A stretch of DNA of 64,000 bases from an uncultured bacterium. Lineage in GTDB: Bacteria > Abyssobacteria > SURF-5. The notes below the pieces were generated by a model that ran no database searches, was not told where the DNA came from, and saw only the letters and a program-made list of their open reading frames with translations. Positions 1 through 9,605 of this stretch are shown one piece after another. Location: NCBI GenBank assembly GCA_964607485.1, contig CAZSKP010000009.1, positions 14,045-78,044 of the forward strand. The letters are read 5' to 3'. The stretch's first letter is position 1; each line of letters begins with the position of its first letter. A program made the translations under genes and the position numbers.

Positions 1-1651
1 GAGCCTCATTCCTGCGGAATCGCAGAAGCGTCTTTTCCCTATCCTCGGGCCGCATCCTGCCATGCAACAGCGCAACGGACAGCTCAGAGAAGAGCTTCTT
101 GTAGTCCGCGTAAGTCCTGCTCGCCGTCGCGGCGGTTCTGCCCGCGTCGCCGCGAGGCGCGCCCGCCGGAACGCGCTGCTCTCCTATTTCGGGACAAACG
201 ACGAATGCCTGTCTGCCGCCCGAAATCTCTTCACGCACGAATTGGCACACTTGCCCGCGCTCCGACTCGGAGACGTGGCGGGTCTCGACCGGATGTCTTC
301 CCGGCGGGCATTCGTCGATGACTATCGTCTCGAAGTTGCCGTAAAGAGCGAGCGCGAGCGTGCGCGGAATTGGGGTGGCGGTCATCACGATGAGGTCGGG
401 GCTGACGCCCTTCTCCCTGAGCGCCGCGCGCTGGCTGACGCCGAACCGATGCTGTTCGTCTATTATTACCAGGCCTGCGTTCGGGATGCTGACCTTCTTT
501 TGAATGAGCGCATGAGTGCCGACTATCAGGGAAGGCGTTCCCGACGCCAGCAGTTTCAAAGCGCGCTCCTTCTCGGGCGTCGAACGGCTTCCCGAGAGCA
601 GGGCTGTCCTGAGCTCGATGCCCCGAAGCAACTCGCGCAGACTGGACAGGTGCTGCTCGGCGAGAACCTCGGTCGGCGCCATCAGGATGGCCTGTTTGCC
701 GTTTTCGATGGCCTTCAGCATCGAATAGGCGGCAACAACTGTCTTGCCTGAGCCGACGTCGCCCTGAAGCAGGACGTTCATCTGGCGGGGGGATTCCATG
801 CGCGCGAAGATTTCGGTGATCGCTCGCTGCTGTGCGCGTGTAGGTCTAAAAGGAATGCAGGAATCAAGCCGAGAGGTCAGGCTCGGAGCCGAATTGTGGG
901 CGATTCCGCCGCCGTATTCGCCGCCGGCCGCCGACTGAATAGATAATTGAAGCGCGAGAAATTCCTCGAAGGCAATCCTCCTTCGAGCCGTCTCGGACTC
1001 CTCGCTTACGTGGGGGAAATGGATCGCACGGAGCGCATCCTTTCTTGAAACCAGCCCGTGGGCGTCGATAACCCCGGCAGGCAGGTTTTCGGGAATGCCG
1101 TCAAGAAAATCCTCCAGCGCATCATGCACGAGCCGCCGCAGTCTCTTCTGTCCAAGTCCCTCGGTCAGCGGATATACCGGCACGAGCCCCATCGTGTGGA
1201 GGAAATCATGCTCTTCGCCCGACATCGGCTCGACATCCGGATTCTCCATCTGCAGGCCACGCCGTTCCAAGACGCTGCCCGAAAGGATTACGTTCGCGCC
1301 TGCCGGAAGATTTCTCCTGATGTAGGGTTGGTTGAACCAGACGACCTTCAGGGAGCCGGTTCCATCGCTCACGAGGCACTGAGTGATATGGAGCCGCCTC
1401 AAGGGGCGGAAGCATCGCACGCGGGTCACCTCGCCCCGCACGACGGCGGGCTGCGATGCGCGAACGGACCCGATGGGGACGATGTTACGACGGTCGAGAT
1501 ATGCGCGTGGGAAGTGGTACAGCAACTCTCCGACCGTGGATACGCCGATTTTGTGGAGCACCAACCCGGTTTTCGGGCCGACTCCCCTGCAGGCGGAAAC
1601 GGCGAGCGACAGCGGCGAACCGTCCCTTTTTCCGCTGCGTGTCAATCTCAA
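1..1651 (-). CDS. recG: ATP-dependent DNA helicase RecG, 3'-truncated by window edge (about 550 N-terminal codons present)
   Basis: Not in ORF track because the frame runs off the window. Reverse complement of 721-787 translates to RQMNVLLQGDVGSGKTVVA (RecG-type Walker A); reverse complement of 1561-1645 gives SPLSLAVSACRGVGPKTGL, matching the RecG N-terminal region. Both are in the same frame. Only TTG candidates (1651 or 1645) as start; TTG at 1651 overlaps stop of upstream gene (TTGA). Confidence 0.8.
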   Translation of the reverse strand, partial: MRLTRSGKRDGSPLSLAVSACRGVGPKTGLVLHKIGVSTVGELLYHFPRAYLDRRNIVPIGSVRASQPAVVRGEVTRVRCFRPLRRLHITQCLVSDGTGSLKVVWFNQPYIRRNLPAGANVILSGSVLERRGLQMENPDVEPMSGEEHDFLHTMGLVPVYPLTEGLGQKRLRRLVHDALEDFLDGIPENLPAGVIDAHGLVSRKDALRAIHFPHVSEESETARRRIAFEEFLALQLSIQSAAGGEYGGGIAHNSAPSLTSRLDSCIPFRPTRAQQRAITEIFARMESPRQMNVLLQGDVGSGKTVVAAYSMLKAIENGKQAILMAPTEVLAEQHLSSLRELLRGIELRTALLSGSRSTPEKERALKLLASGTPSLIVGTHALIQKKVSIPNAGLVIIDEQHRFGVSQRAALREKGVSPDLIVMTATPIPRTLALALYGNFETIVIDECPPGRHPVETRHVSESERGQVCQFVREEISGGRQAFVVCPEIGEQRVPAGAPRGDAGRTAATASRTYADYKKLFSELSVALLHGRMRPEDREKTLLRFRRNEA

Positions 1652-2613
1652 CGCCCTTCCGCTTCAGGTGACGGGCGGGCCTGAGACGCTTCTTCCTCTT
1701 TCCTTGCGATCACGAACATGTCAATGAACCTGAATTTCACGATAGTGTCTTCAATGCCAAGCCACTGGACGAGCCTGTCGGCGACGCGGCGGGCGGTCTT
1801 GCTGTAAGGTTCCAGCTTGGTCACCAGGAACCGCATGCTACAGGGCCACACTCCCGGCCGCGTTTCGATCAGTTTGAACCCCGTCTTCGAAAGCATCCGC
1901 TCGAGGGTTTCCTTTGAGAAGAAGTAATTGTGTTCGGCCGCCTTCTTGAATCCGTACCAGTAGCCCCCCATCATGCGAGCCGGGAGACTGCCCGAATTCG
2001 GCACGGTCATGAAAAGGTATCCGCGAGGTCTTAGAATGCGGTTGATTTCGGCCAGCTCGTTCGTGGGGTCGAACGAGTGTTCGAGCATATCCCACATCGT
2101 GGCTACGTCGTATGAGGACGTCGGCGCCCCTGCGTGTGCGAGCGTTCCCGTGTACACCCTCACCTTTGCTTTATCCCTGGCCGCCTGTGAGGCGAACGGG
2201 GAAACCTCGACCCCCTCGGCCTTCCATCCGCGTGAGCTTGCAACCTGGAGAAAATATCCGAAGGCGCAGCCTATATCTATTATGGAAGCGGGCGGCCGGA
2301 CAAACTTTTCTATGACCGCAAGGTGTTCGGTGAACACCTGTTTCAGACCTTCGGCGTGGCTGGAATAGTCGTCGTAGCCCAGTGTGGAGGGATTCTGGCT
2401 GACAAAGTACTGTTCAGAGTAAATATCCGATACGTCCTTCGCCGGCCGGCGCGGATTCGTGTAGAACAACCCGCAGGAGTCGCACCGAACAATCTGAAAT
2501 TCGCCGACCCTGCAATAGGGGGAGGCGTCTTCGGCGCCACAGAGGTTGCAGGCGACATATTCCAATGCCGACGGTCTCCTCAAACAGTTGCCAGCCGACG
2601 GTCGCGGCTTCAT
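1648..2613 (-). CDS. Class I SAM-dependent methyltransferase with N-terminal Cys-rich zinc-ribbon
   Basis: ORF 321 aa; motif I IDIGCAFGYF, post-motifs YDVATMWDMLEH and LRPRGYLFMTVPN; N-terminal CNLCG...CDSCG Cys pairs. Confidence 0.7.
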   Translation of the reverse strand: MKPRPSAGNCLRRPSALEYVACNLCGAEDASPYCRVGEFQIVRCDSCGLFYTNPRRPAKDVSDIYSEQYFVSQNPSTLGYDDYSSHAEGLKQVFTEHLAVIEKFVRPPASIIDIGCAFGYFLQVASSRGWKAEGVEVSPFASQAARDKAKVRVYTGTLAHAGAPTSSYDVATMWDMLEHSFDPTNELAEINRILRPRGYLFMTVPNSGSLPARMMGGYWYGFKKAAEHNYFFSKETLERMLSKTGFKLIETRPGVWPCSMRFLVTKLEPYSKTARRVADRLVQWLGIEDTIVKFRFIDMFVIARKEEEASQARPSPEAEGR

Positions 2614-2683
2614 GTTCAGGCAGCAAAAAGCCCGGACCGCATAAGCTTTCCGGGCTTGCGATAGCGCCGATTTTGCCGCTGCA

Positions 2684-3685
2684 TCACGACGAAGAGAGCG
2701 TTTCTTCTGAGAGCGCGTCGGCCGTCGTCTGTTTCAACCCTTCCTGAATGTCGAGGGTCAGCGAGGCTGCGGACTCGGCCCTTTCGACCCTCTCAGGCTC
2801 GAGGCGCGCCTTGAGCACCTCGGATTTTGCTGCATCGCTTTGGATCTGGTCGAGTCGTTTCTCTGTCGAAGATATCAGGTAGTTATTCCGTGCCTCTATC
2901 TGTTTTATGCCTTTCTGAACATTGGCCAGTGAGCCCTTCTGGACGGAAAGCTCTCGGTTGGTATCGTCAAGCCGAGCAGATACCTGGTCGAGGCGTTCCT
3001 CTACCGTGGACTGGTCGGCGATTTTGGCTTCGATGGCACTCATTTCCTTCGACATCTTCGCCCTCTTGTTGAGCTCGTCTCTGACGGCCATTATTTCGTC
3101 TATCGTGCCGACCGCGCGGTAATCGGTAAGCTCAGCCTCGAGCTTCGTGTTCTCAGTCTGGAGCTCGGCAAGCTGCTCGCCCGGCGTCGGTCCGCTCGTC
3201 AATATTTTCTCAACCACCTTCATGCCGGGCTTCACTCCGAAGAATCCTATGACCAGACCGGCCGCGGCGACGGCGACAAACAACAGAGCGGCCTTGATGC
3301 CGCGCCTGCGTTTCGGAGGCGCGTACTCCTCTACTTCGGGGGGTGGCGAAATGGGTGCCTCGCGTTCCGCCACCGCGCCAACCTCTCCACCCGTGACGCC
3401 CCCCGACGTGACTTCTTCACCGAAGTCAATCCCGAGCCCCAATTCCTCATCGACCGGGGGCTCTGTAGCGCCGATAGGCTGTCCAAGATCGGGTCCGCCT
3501 CCGGAGGAACCCGAGAACCCGCCGTCGCTCATTCCGGTTTCAAGGCTGATGGTATCGGCGTCGAACTCCTCGCCGAAGCCGGCATCTCCCACATCGAACA
3601 TATCCTCGCCCGTGTCACCCGGAATCGCCTGCGAGATATCGGCCTTCTTCCGCTTCCTGAAAATTCCGAAGATCTTTTCGAACAT
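2684..3685 (-). CDS. Coiled-coil membrane-anchored protein (paralog 1), function unknown
   Basis: ORF 333 aa: basic N-terminus MFEKIFGIFRKRKK, acidic Gly/Asp-rich low-complexity region, one hydrophobic helix AALLFVAVAAAGLVIGFFG, then heptad-like coiled-coil. ATG at 3685 with GGAGG upstream. Confidence 0.5.
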   Translation of the reverse strand: MFEKIFGIFRKRKKADISQAIPGDTGEDMFDVGDAGFGEEFDADTISLETGMSDGGFSGSSGGGPDLGQPIGATEPPVDEELGLGIDFGEEVTSGGVTGGEVGAVAEREAPISPPPEVEEYAPPKRRRGIKAALLFVAVAAAGLVIGFFGVKPGMKVVEKILTSGPTPGEQLAELQTENTKLEAELTDYRAVGTIDEIMAVRDELNKRAKMSKEMSAIEAKIADQSTVEERLDQVSARLDDTNRELSVQKGSLANVQKGIKQIEARNNYLISSTEKRLDQIQSDAAKSEVLKARLEPERVERAESAASLTLDIQEGLKQTTADALSEETLSSS

Positions 3686-3736
3686 GTAATCCTCCGCCTC
3701 CGGTCAGTTTCCGAACGTATTTGTTTCCCCCATCTC

Positions 3737-4792
3737 CTATTCCGGCGCAGCTTCGGAAGGAGTTGCCGGCGAAACTGCAGGAGTCAACCGGGAGAGCTGC
3801 TGATCGAGTTCGGCCAGTTTCTCCTGGAAACTCTCGATGTCTTCCATCTGAAGCTCAATCAACAGGCGTTGACTGATTTCGGCGCGCACCAATTCAAGCT
3901 GGAAACGCGCATACTCTTCTTCGGTCTGCTTTGCCAAGGCGGCCACCCTGACCCGTGCATCTTCTATCTGTGCCTTAACCTGGCTGATCTCAGCGCGTGT
4001 CTTCGATATGTTGGATTCGATCTCGCCAATCTTTGCCACCAACCCGTCGTACGTGGCCTCCCTCTCCTTCGCGAGGTTATATTCAGTCTCGAATTGCTCC
4101 ATCGCCCCCTCGGAGTCTCGCACCTGGGCGAGCTGCTGCTGAAGGGCTTTCACCTCGGCCGGCTTTCCCATTCCTACGAATTCGCTGATCTCCGATTTCA
4201 ATTTTTCGTTCTTTCGCCGCTCGGCGTTCACCTGTGTCTGAATGTCGAGCTTGGGCTGCTCCGTGCCGGAACTCCTTATGAGCTTGCCTACCACGGGCCA
4301 CAGGAACAACTGAGCCACTCCCCCCAAGATTAAGGCAATCACGGCCACAATGGCCAGCGTAATAATCCGCTTGCCGGGAGAAACGGGCTCGGGCTCCTCC
4401 ATGGCCTCGAGGAACGGCGGCGCCTCGGCTTCGCCAGGGAAGGCGGCCGGAGCCTCCGCTCCGGCTTCCGCTACGCCCAGGTCGGTTCCGGATATTTCGT
4501 CGCTGATCGTTCGTTCGTCGAAATCGCTCGCCCCGGTCGAAAAATCTCCTTCGCCGGTCTGAAAATCGGCGTCGGAAAAAGGAGGTTCCATTCCGGGTCC
4601 GCTCTCGGCGCCGACCGGCGCTGTGCCAACCTTGTCGATCGATTCCTGCAAGTCGCTGATATCGCCGAAACCCTCATCCAGCCCAAAATCGTCCAGGCCC
4701 GGCTCTTTGCCGTTCATGATGGTGGTTTCGCCGCTCTGCCTTTTGCGTCTTCTTGTAAAACGCTTGAAAAAGCCCGAGATTTTTTCGAACAT
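3737..4792 (-). CDS. Coiled-coil membrane-anchored protein (paralog 2), function unknown
   Basis: Same architecture as 2684-3685: MFEKISGFFKR start (internal ATG at 4792 of ORF 3737-4819, RBS AAGGGAAC), acidic region, TM helix IITLAIVAVIALILGGVAQLF, long coiled-coil. Confidence 0.5.
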   Translation of the reverse strand: MFEKISGFFKRFTRRRKRQSGETTIMNGKEPGLDDFGLDEGFGDISDLQESIDKVGTAPVGAESGPGMEPPFSDADFQTGEGDFSTGASDFDERTISDEISGTDLGVAEAGAEAPAAFPGEAEAPPFLEAMEEPEPVSPGKRIITLAIVAVIALILGGVAQLFLWPVVGKLIRSSGTEQPKLDIQTQVNAERRKNEKLKSEISEFVGMGKPAEVKALQQQLAQVRDSEGAMEQFETEYNLAKEREATYDGLVAKIGEIESNISKTRAEISQVKAQIEDARVRVAALAKQTEEEYARFQLELVRAEISQRLLIELQMEDIESFQEKLAELDQQLSRLTPAVSPATPSEAAPE

Positions 4793-4848
4793 GTCTTTGT
4801 TCCCTTTTGTTCGTCCCACAAAGACGCACGTGACCTCTTCTTTTGTGA

Positions 4849-4877
4849 ATTATACCTCAAAACTCCTTGCTTGTCAA
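4849..4877 (-). promoter_or_regulatory. Candidate sigma70 promoter for the coiled-coil gene pair (TTGACA-17nt-TATAAT)
   Basis: Minus-strand reading of 4849-4877 gives TTGACA, a 17-nt spacer, then TATAAT; about 55 nt upstream of the ATG at 4792. Confidence 0.55.
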
Positions 4878-5061
4878 CATCTTTCGCCTTCACACGGCGC
4901 GTCCTCAAAGAATGAGATGAACACGAGGAGAATATCGTCGGTGATTGATGAGGCAAACACCGTGCCAGCCTCAGGACTCATTGCTGAAGCTGTGCGAGGG
5001 ACAGACCGAACTGGGGAGAAACAGGGGGCGGAGAGAGGAGAGTGAATGAGACGAAGGCTTC

Positions 5062-5715
5062 CTATCGGACGAGCGTTGAGTGGATGAGCCTGCCTCCGTA
5101 TCCGACAAAGAGAAGACCGAACAGAAGCAGAAAAGCTCCGCATGCCTGGAGCATGTGGCGATACAGTTTCGCTTCGAGCATCCGCCTGCCCGAACCCACG
5201 AGCAGCCCGACGAGCCCGAACCACAAAAAGTCCGCTGAAATGTGACCGATATAGAACACGACGATTCCCACCAGGCCGGCCTTTGCGGAGAACAACACGA
5301 GCGCCAGCCCGGCCGTGAGCCACCACGCCGTCCAGTACGGGTTTGCAATCGTCACGGCGGCCCCGCCCACGAGCAGACTGTGCGGCCTGTCGGGGGAGAC
5401 GGAATCATCGGTCAAGCTTGCGCCCTCGCGAGGCTGCCTGATTGCGCCCACGCCCATCCACAGGAGAATGGCGCCCCCGAGAAGACCAACGGGACCGGCT
5501 ATCGCGTCCACCGAGACGAGTCGGCTCAAACCGCCGACGAGCGCGCCGACCATCAGCAGTTCCAGGAATGAATGGCCGCTCGCCAGCCACAATGCCGACC
5601 ACTTGCCCCGGCTGAGGGATTCCTTGAGCGTGAGGGCAAGCAGCGGACCCGGCATCATGGCGCCGGTCAGGCCGATGCCGAGTGAGGTAACGAATATCAC
5701 CGCCAGATTTTGCAT
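5062..5715 (-). CDS. LysE/RhtB-family amino acid exporter
   Basis: Hydrophobic multi-helix protein starting MQNLAVIFVTSLGIGLTGAMMPGPLLALT; internal ATG at 5715 chosen because the upstream 113 codons of ORF 5062-6054 are Arg/Gly-rich and overlap the EF-G gene. Confidence 0.7.
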   Translation of the reverse strand: MQNLAVIFVTSLGIGLTGAMMPGPLLALTLKESLSRGKWSALWLASGHSFLELLMVGALVGGLSRLVSVDAIAGPVGLLGGAILLWMGVGAIRQPREGASLTDDSVSPDRPHSLLVGGAAVTIANPYWTAWWLTAGLALVLFSAKAGLVGIVVFYIGHISADFLWFGLVGLLVGSGRRMLEAKLYRHMLQACGAFLLLFGLLFVGYGGRLIHSTLVR

Positions 5716-5747
5716 CGAAGACAATCCTGAAGAGTCACTCACATGTC

Positions 5748-7802
5748 CTACTTCTCCGACTCTTCTTTCTCCTTTTTCGCCTGCTCGATTATCCTCTGCG
5801 CTATGTGGGCGGGCACCTCCTCGTAACTGGAGAATTTCATCGTAAAGCTGCCCCGACCTCCCGTGATAGAGCGCAGCTCGGCCGAGTAGTTGAGCATCTC
5901 GGCTTCCGGAACCAGCACGCGTATGATTTGCCCGTAGGAACCTCGCTCCATGCCGAGTATTCGCCCTCGCTTGGAATTGAAGTCTCCGGTGACATCGCCC
6001 ATGAACTCCTCGGGCACCACGACCTCCACCTCCACGACCGGTTCGAGAAGACACATCTCGGTCGAGGAGGCGGCCTTCTGAAACGCCATCGATCCTGCAA
6101 GCTTGAACGCCAGGTCGGACGAATCAACCGAGTGCATCATCCCGTCGTACAGGCGAACCTTTATATCCACGATGGGATAGCCGGCGAGTATGCCTCGTTC
6201 GAGCGCCTCGACCACGCCTTTTTGTACGGAGGGAATGAAGTTCTTCGAGATCACACCCCCGAAGATGTCATCTTCAAACTCGAATCCCTCTCCCCGCCCC
6301 TTCGGGCTTATCTCTATCTCGACCTCTCCGAACTGGCCCCGGCCGCCCGATTGTTTCTTGTGGCGATAACGTGCGGAAGTCTTCCCCTTGATCGCCTCCT
6401 TGTATGCGATTTTCGGAAGCGCGGTGTCGGCGGACACGTTGAATTTGTTCTTGAGCCGGTCCATGATGACGTTCAGATGAAGGTCGCCCATGCCGGCGAT
6501 TATCTCTTCCTTTGTCTCACGGTTGCGATACGCTTTGAACGTGGGGTCCTCCTCGGCGATGCGGTTGAGGGCGTTCATAATACGGTCCTCGTCGGCCCGA
6601 GATTGCGGTTTGACCGACAGGCGCACCATCGGCTCCGGGAACTCGATCGAATCGAACGTGAGCGGATGGTTGTCGTTGCAGAGGGTATCCCCCGCCGCTG
6701 TGGCCTTCAGCTTGGGCACGGCCGCGATTTCTCCCGGCCCCACCGACTGGACGCTCGTTTGTTCTTTTCCCTGCATGAGCAACAAATTGCTGATGCGCTC
6801 CTGGACTTCTTTGTTCGCGTTGTAGAAACCGTCCGCGGCTTTCACCGTTCCCGAGAAGACGCGGAAATAGGTCAACTGACCGATGTATGGGTCGGTCATC
6901 GTCTTGAACACGTACGCAGCCAGAGGAGCTGCGGGGTCGGGTTTGAGCTCTTCTTCCTCGCCCTTTTTGTTTTTTGCCCGCCGGGACGGCACATCGAGGG
7001 GTGACGGCAGGCAATCGACGACGAAGTCGAGCAGTTGCTCGACGCCTATCCCCTTCTCGCCCGCACCGCAGACTACCGGCACGATGCTGCCCGAGGCTAT
7101 GCCCCTCCTGAGACCGCTCGCAATTTCTTCCTCGGTGAGCGTGCCTTCCTCAAGGTACTTCTCGGTCAGTTCGTCATCGGTTTCGGCGGCGGCCTCGACG
7201 AGTTTCTCGCGGTACTCGGCGAAATTCTGCCGCGCTTCCTCGGGCGCCTGCGATTCCTCGCTTGTGCTCCAGAGGCTCACCACCCCCGTCAGGCCCGCCT
7301 CCTTGCCCACGGGAATCGTGAAGGGAATGCATGAAGATCCGAAACTCTCCTGAACGGATGCGAGCACCTTGTAGAAGTCGCTGTGCTCTTTGTCAAGCTT
7401 GTTGATAAAAATTGCGCGGGGGAGATTGTATTTCTCGCAATAGCGCCAGCAGCTTCTTGTGCCGACTTCGATGCCGGCAAGCCCGTCAACCAGCAAAATC
7501 GCGCTGTCGAGCACCGACAATGAGGCTACCATCTCGGCCACGAAATCGGCGTAGCCGGGGTTGTCCACGATGTAGATGGGAGTCTTTTTCCAGTCCGTAT
7601 GCATCAGTTTCAGGGAAATGGTGAATTTGCGCGCGACCTCTTCTTCCAGATAGTCGCCGACGGTGTTGCCGGCGGCGATGGTTCCCACGCGGCTTGTTTT
7701 GCCGGTCTTGTCGAGGATATGTTCCACGAGGGTGGTCTTTCCCGTTCCCCCGTGGCCTACTAGGCCCACGTTGCGCACATCCTTCACTTCGAATTTGCTC
7801 AT
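5748..7802 (-). CDS. Elongation factor G family GTPase (EF-G paralog-like)
   Basis: 684 aa; G1 motif GLVGHGGTGKTTL, DNPGYADF (G3), NKLD (G4), full EF-G domain length; GGGAGG RBS before ATG at 7802. Confidence 0.9.
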   Translation of the reverse strand: MSKFEVKDVRNVGLVGHGGTGKTTLVEHILDKTGKTSRVGTIAAGNTVGDYLEEEVARKFTISLKLMHTDWKKTPIYIVDNPGYADFVAEMVASLSVLDSAILLVDGLAGIEVGTRSCWRYCEKYNLPRAIFINKLDKEHSDFYKVLASVQESFGSSCIPFTIPVGKEAGLTGVVSLWSTSEESQAPEEARQNFAEYREKLVEAAAETDDELTEKYLEEGTLTEEEIASGLRRGIASGSIVPVVCGAGEKGIGVEQLLDFVVDCLPSPLDVPSRRAKNKKGEEEELKPDPAAPLAAYVFKTMTDPYIGQLTYFRVFSGTVKAADGFYNANKEVQERISNLLLMQGKEQTSVQSVGPGEIAAVPKLKATAAGDTLCNDNHPLTFDSIEFPEPMVRLSVKPQSRADEDRIMNALNRIAEEDPTFKAYRNRETKEEIIAGMGDLHLNVIMDRLKNKFNVSADTALPKIAYKEAIKGKTSARYRHKKQSGGRGQFGEVEIEISPKGRGEGFEFEDDIFGGVISKNFIPSVQKGVVEALERGILAGYPIVDIKVRLYDGMMHSVDSSDLAFKLAGSMAFQKAASSTEMCLLEPVVEVEVVVPEEFMGDVTGDFNSKRGRILGMERGSYGQIIRVLVPEAEMLNYSAELRSITGGRGSFTMKFSSYEEVPAHIAQRIIEQAKKEKEESEK

Positions 7803-7830
7803 TTCTGCCTCCCACTCTAACGTGTCGGTT

Positions 7831-8370
7831 TCAGACGGCCTCGGAGCCCAGATGACTCACCTTCATGAGACCCACTATCGTCTTGGCGTCGATTATCTCT
7901 CCATGTTCGATTTTATCGAGCGCCTCTTGCAGAGACATCCTCTGTACCTCAAGCTGCTCGTCTTTGTCAAGCTTCGACTCGCAGCGCTCAAGCCCGGTCG
8001 CCAAAAACAGATGCAGAAACTCGTCGCAGAACCCCGGCGACGTGAAGAAGCCGCCCATCGGGTTCATGTTTCCCGCGCGGTAGCCGGTCTCTTCGACCAA
8101 CTCTCTCTCCGCGCAGGCCAGGGGCGTTTCGCCCGGCTCGACCGTTCCGGCGGGAATCTCCCACAGCGTCTTCTTGGCGCAATAGCGAAACTGCTTTATC
8201 AGCACCACCTCGTCAGGGGACAGCATCGGCACTATCGCGGCGGCGCCCGAATGCCGGACAACCTCGCGCGTGGCCTCCCTGCCGTCGGGCAGAACTATCG
8301 TTTCGACCGATAGCCCGACGACGCGGCCCGAATAGACCTGCTTCACGTTCTTGACTTCAAAATCCTTCAT
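7831..8370 (-). CDS. NUDIX hydrolase
   Basis: 179 aa; Nudix box GTVEPGETPLACAERELVEETGY. Confidence 0.8.
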   Translation of the reverse strand: MKDFEVKNVKQVYSGRVVGLSVETIVLPDGREATREVVRHSGAAAIVPMLSPDEVVLIKQFRYCAKKTLWEIPAGTVEPGETPLACAERELVEETGYRAGNMNPMGGFFTSPGFCDEFLHLFLATGLERCESKLDKDEQLEVQRMSLQEALDKIEHGEIIDAKTIVGLMKVSHLGSEAV

Positions 8371-8515
8371 TATGTCTCAGTCTGCGTGGGGAGTCGCGTC
8401 GGTGTCACGGGATGAATCGACAGAGGCAACGATCGTGCCGGCTGCAAGCGGACGGACTTTGCCGGGAACCTCAAGTTCGCCGGCAGGACTCAGTTTGATC
8501 TCCTCGCAGCGTTCC

Positions 8516-9037
8516 TCAAACGACCTCCGCGCCGTATGTCTTTGTCATGCGCTCGAGCGAAAATCTGTGGAACTTCTGGTCGAAATCGGCGACCCCCTTC
8601 TTGTACACGGTGACCGGATAATCCCGGCTGCGCAGGCCGCCGACCGTATCCATCACGCAGATCGAAGTGCACACCCCTACGACATCGACATGCTTTATCC
8701 TGTTTTCCTTCAGTATCGATTCCAGCCTCGTCCCGTAAAAGCCTGAATAGCGCGTCTTGCGGATGACGACGTCGCCGCGTTTGGGTTTCAATTCGGGTAT
8801 CACCTGCGCGCCGGGAGTCCCCTTGACGCAGTGCTTCGGAAACATCTGAAACTCTTTGTCATTCGGCTTGTGGCTGTCCGTTATATAGACAACGAGGTCG
8901 CCCGCGCGCCTGGCCTGTTCCAGCTTTTTCTTTATGAACGGAACCATCTTCTCCGCGGTCGGCCCGCAGTACAGCGCGCCCTTCTTGTCGATAAAATCGA
9001 CGAGCGTGTCCACCACGATGAGCGCGTTTCGGCTCAT
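8516..9037 (-). CDS. Isochorismatase-family cysteine hydrolase (nicotinamidase-like)
   Basis: 173 aa; LIVVDTLVDF N-terminal strand, catalytic-type VVGVCTSICV motif. Confidence 0.7.
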   Translation of the reverse strand: MSRNALIVVDTLVDFIDKKGALYCGPTAEKMVPFIKKKLEQARRAGDLVVYITDSHKPNDKEFQMFPKHCVKGTPGAQVIPELKPKRGDVVIRKTRYSGFYGTRLESILKENRIKHVDVVGVCTSICVMDTVGGLRSRDYPVTVYKKGVADFDQKFHRFSLERMTKTYGAEVV

Positions 9038-9082
9038 TTTCCGCCTCCCTCGACTCAGAACGGCGGCGCGCAGGAGACCGCG

Positions 9083-9442
9083 TCAGCCGCTGCCCAACTG
9101 GCGCAGGAAATCGTCAACGTCAAACGGGGGCAGGTCGGAGGAGGGCTCGCTGTCCTCCGACTTGCCGCCGAGCGGATTTCTCAAGAACTTCTGCTGGCAG
9201 CCGCGACAAAGGTCGAAACTGAACTGCTTGAACACGTCTTCCTGCAACTGCTTGGGGTCCATGTGCTCGATCTTTTCGATCAGCTTGCGAATCTCGTCCT
9301 CATAATCCTTCTCGAGGTCGGAAAGCTCTATCTTCATCGTGTCATATGCGGCAAATATGTTCATTTTGAGCACATACCTGAGCTCATTCGCCTCTATCCG
9401 CGCCCCGCACCTGTCGCACGTATAATATTTCACCCGAAACAC
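9083..9442 (-). CDS. Small zinc-ribbon protein, function unknown
   Basis: 119 aa; CDRCG near the N-terminus and CRGC later, acidic C-terminus. Confidence 0.4.
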   Translation of the reverse strand: MFRVKYYTCDRCGARIEANELRYVLKMNIFAAYDTMKIELSDLEKDYEDEIRKLIEKIEHMDPKQLQEDVFKQFSFDLCRGCQQKFLRNPLGGKSEDSEPSSDLPPFDVDDFLRQLGSG

Positions 9443-9605
9443 CTTCCTAGGCTCAGATTAGTCGAATGCCGGTATCCAACTAATCTAACACAAAGCCAGA
9501 GCTTTTTCAAACGGTTTCGCGGGGAGGGCAGAGATTCAGAAAAGGCCCGCAGACACAAATTGAACCGCAAAGCCGCAAAGGGCGCAAAGATAGATGCACC
9601 GTGGC

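Noticed and set aside
5805-7004. Long plus-strand ORFs antisense to well-supported minus-strand genes (also 11097-12272, 13252-14550, 14912-16267, 21415-23307, 27621-29861, 31307-32689, and 53927-55267 upstream of the MFS start)
   Set aside because: Translations are Arg/Pro/Gly/Ala-rich low-complexity strings with no motifs, as expected from open antisense frames in high-GC DNA; the opposite strand carries clear homologs.
9455-9486. Inverted repeat agattagt ... actaatct between the zinc-ribbon gene and dinG
   Set aside because: Only an 8-bp stem with a 16-nt loop and no flanking U-run; too weak to call a terminator or operator.
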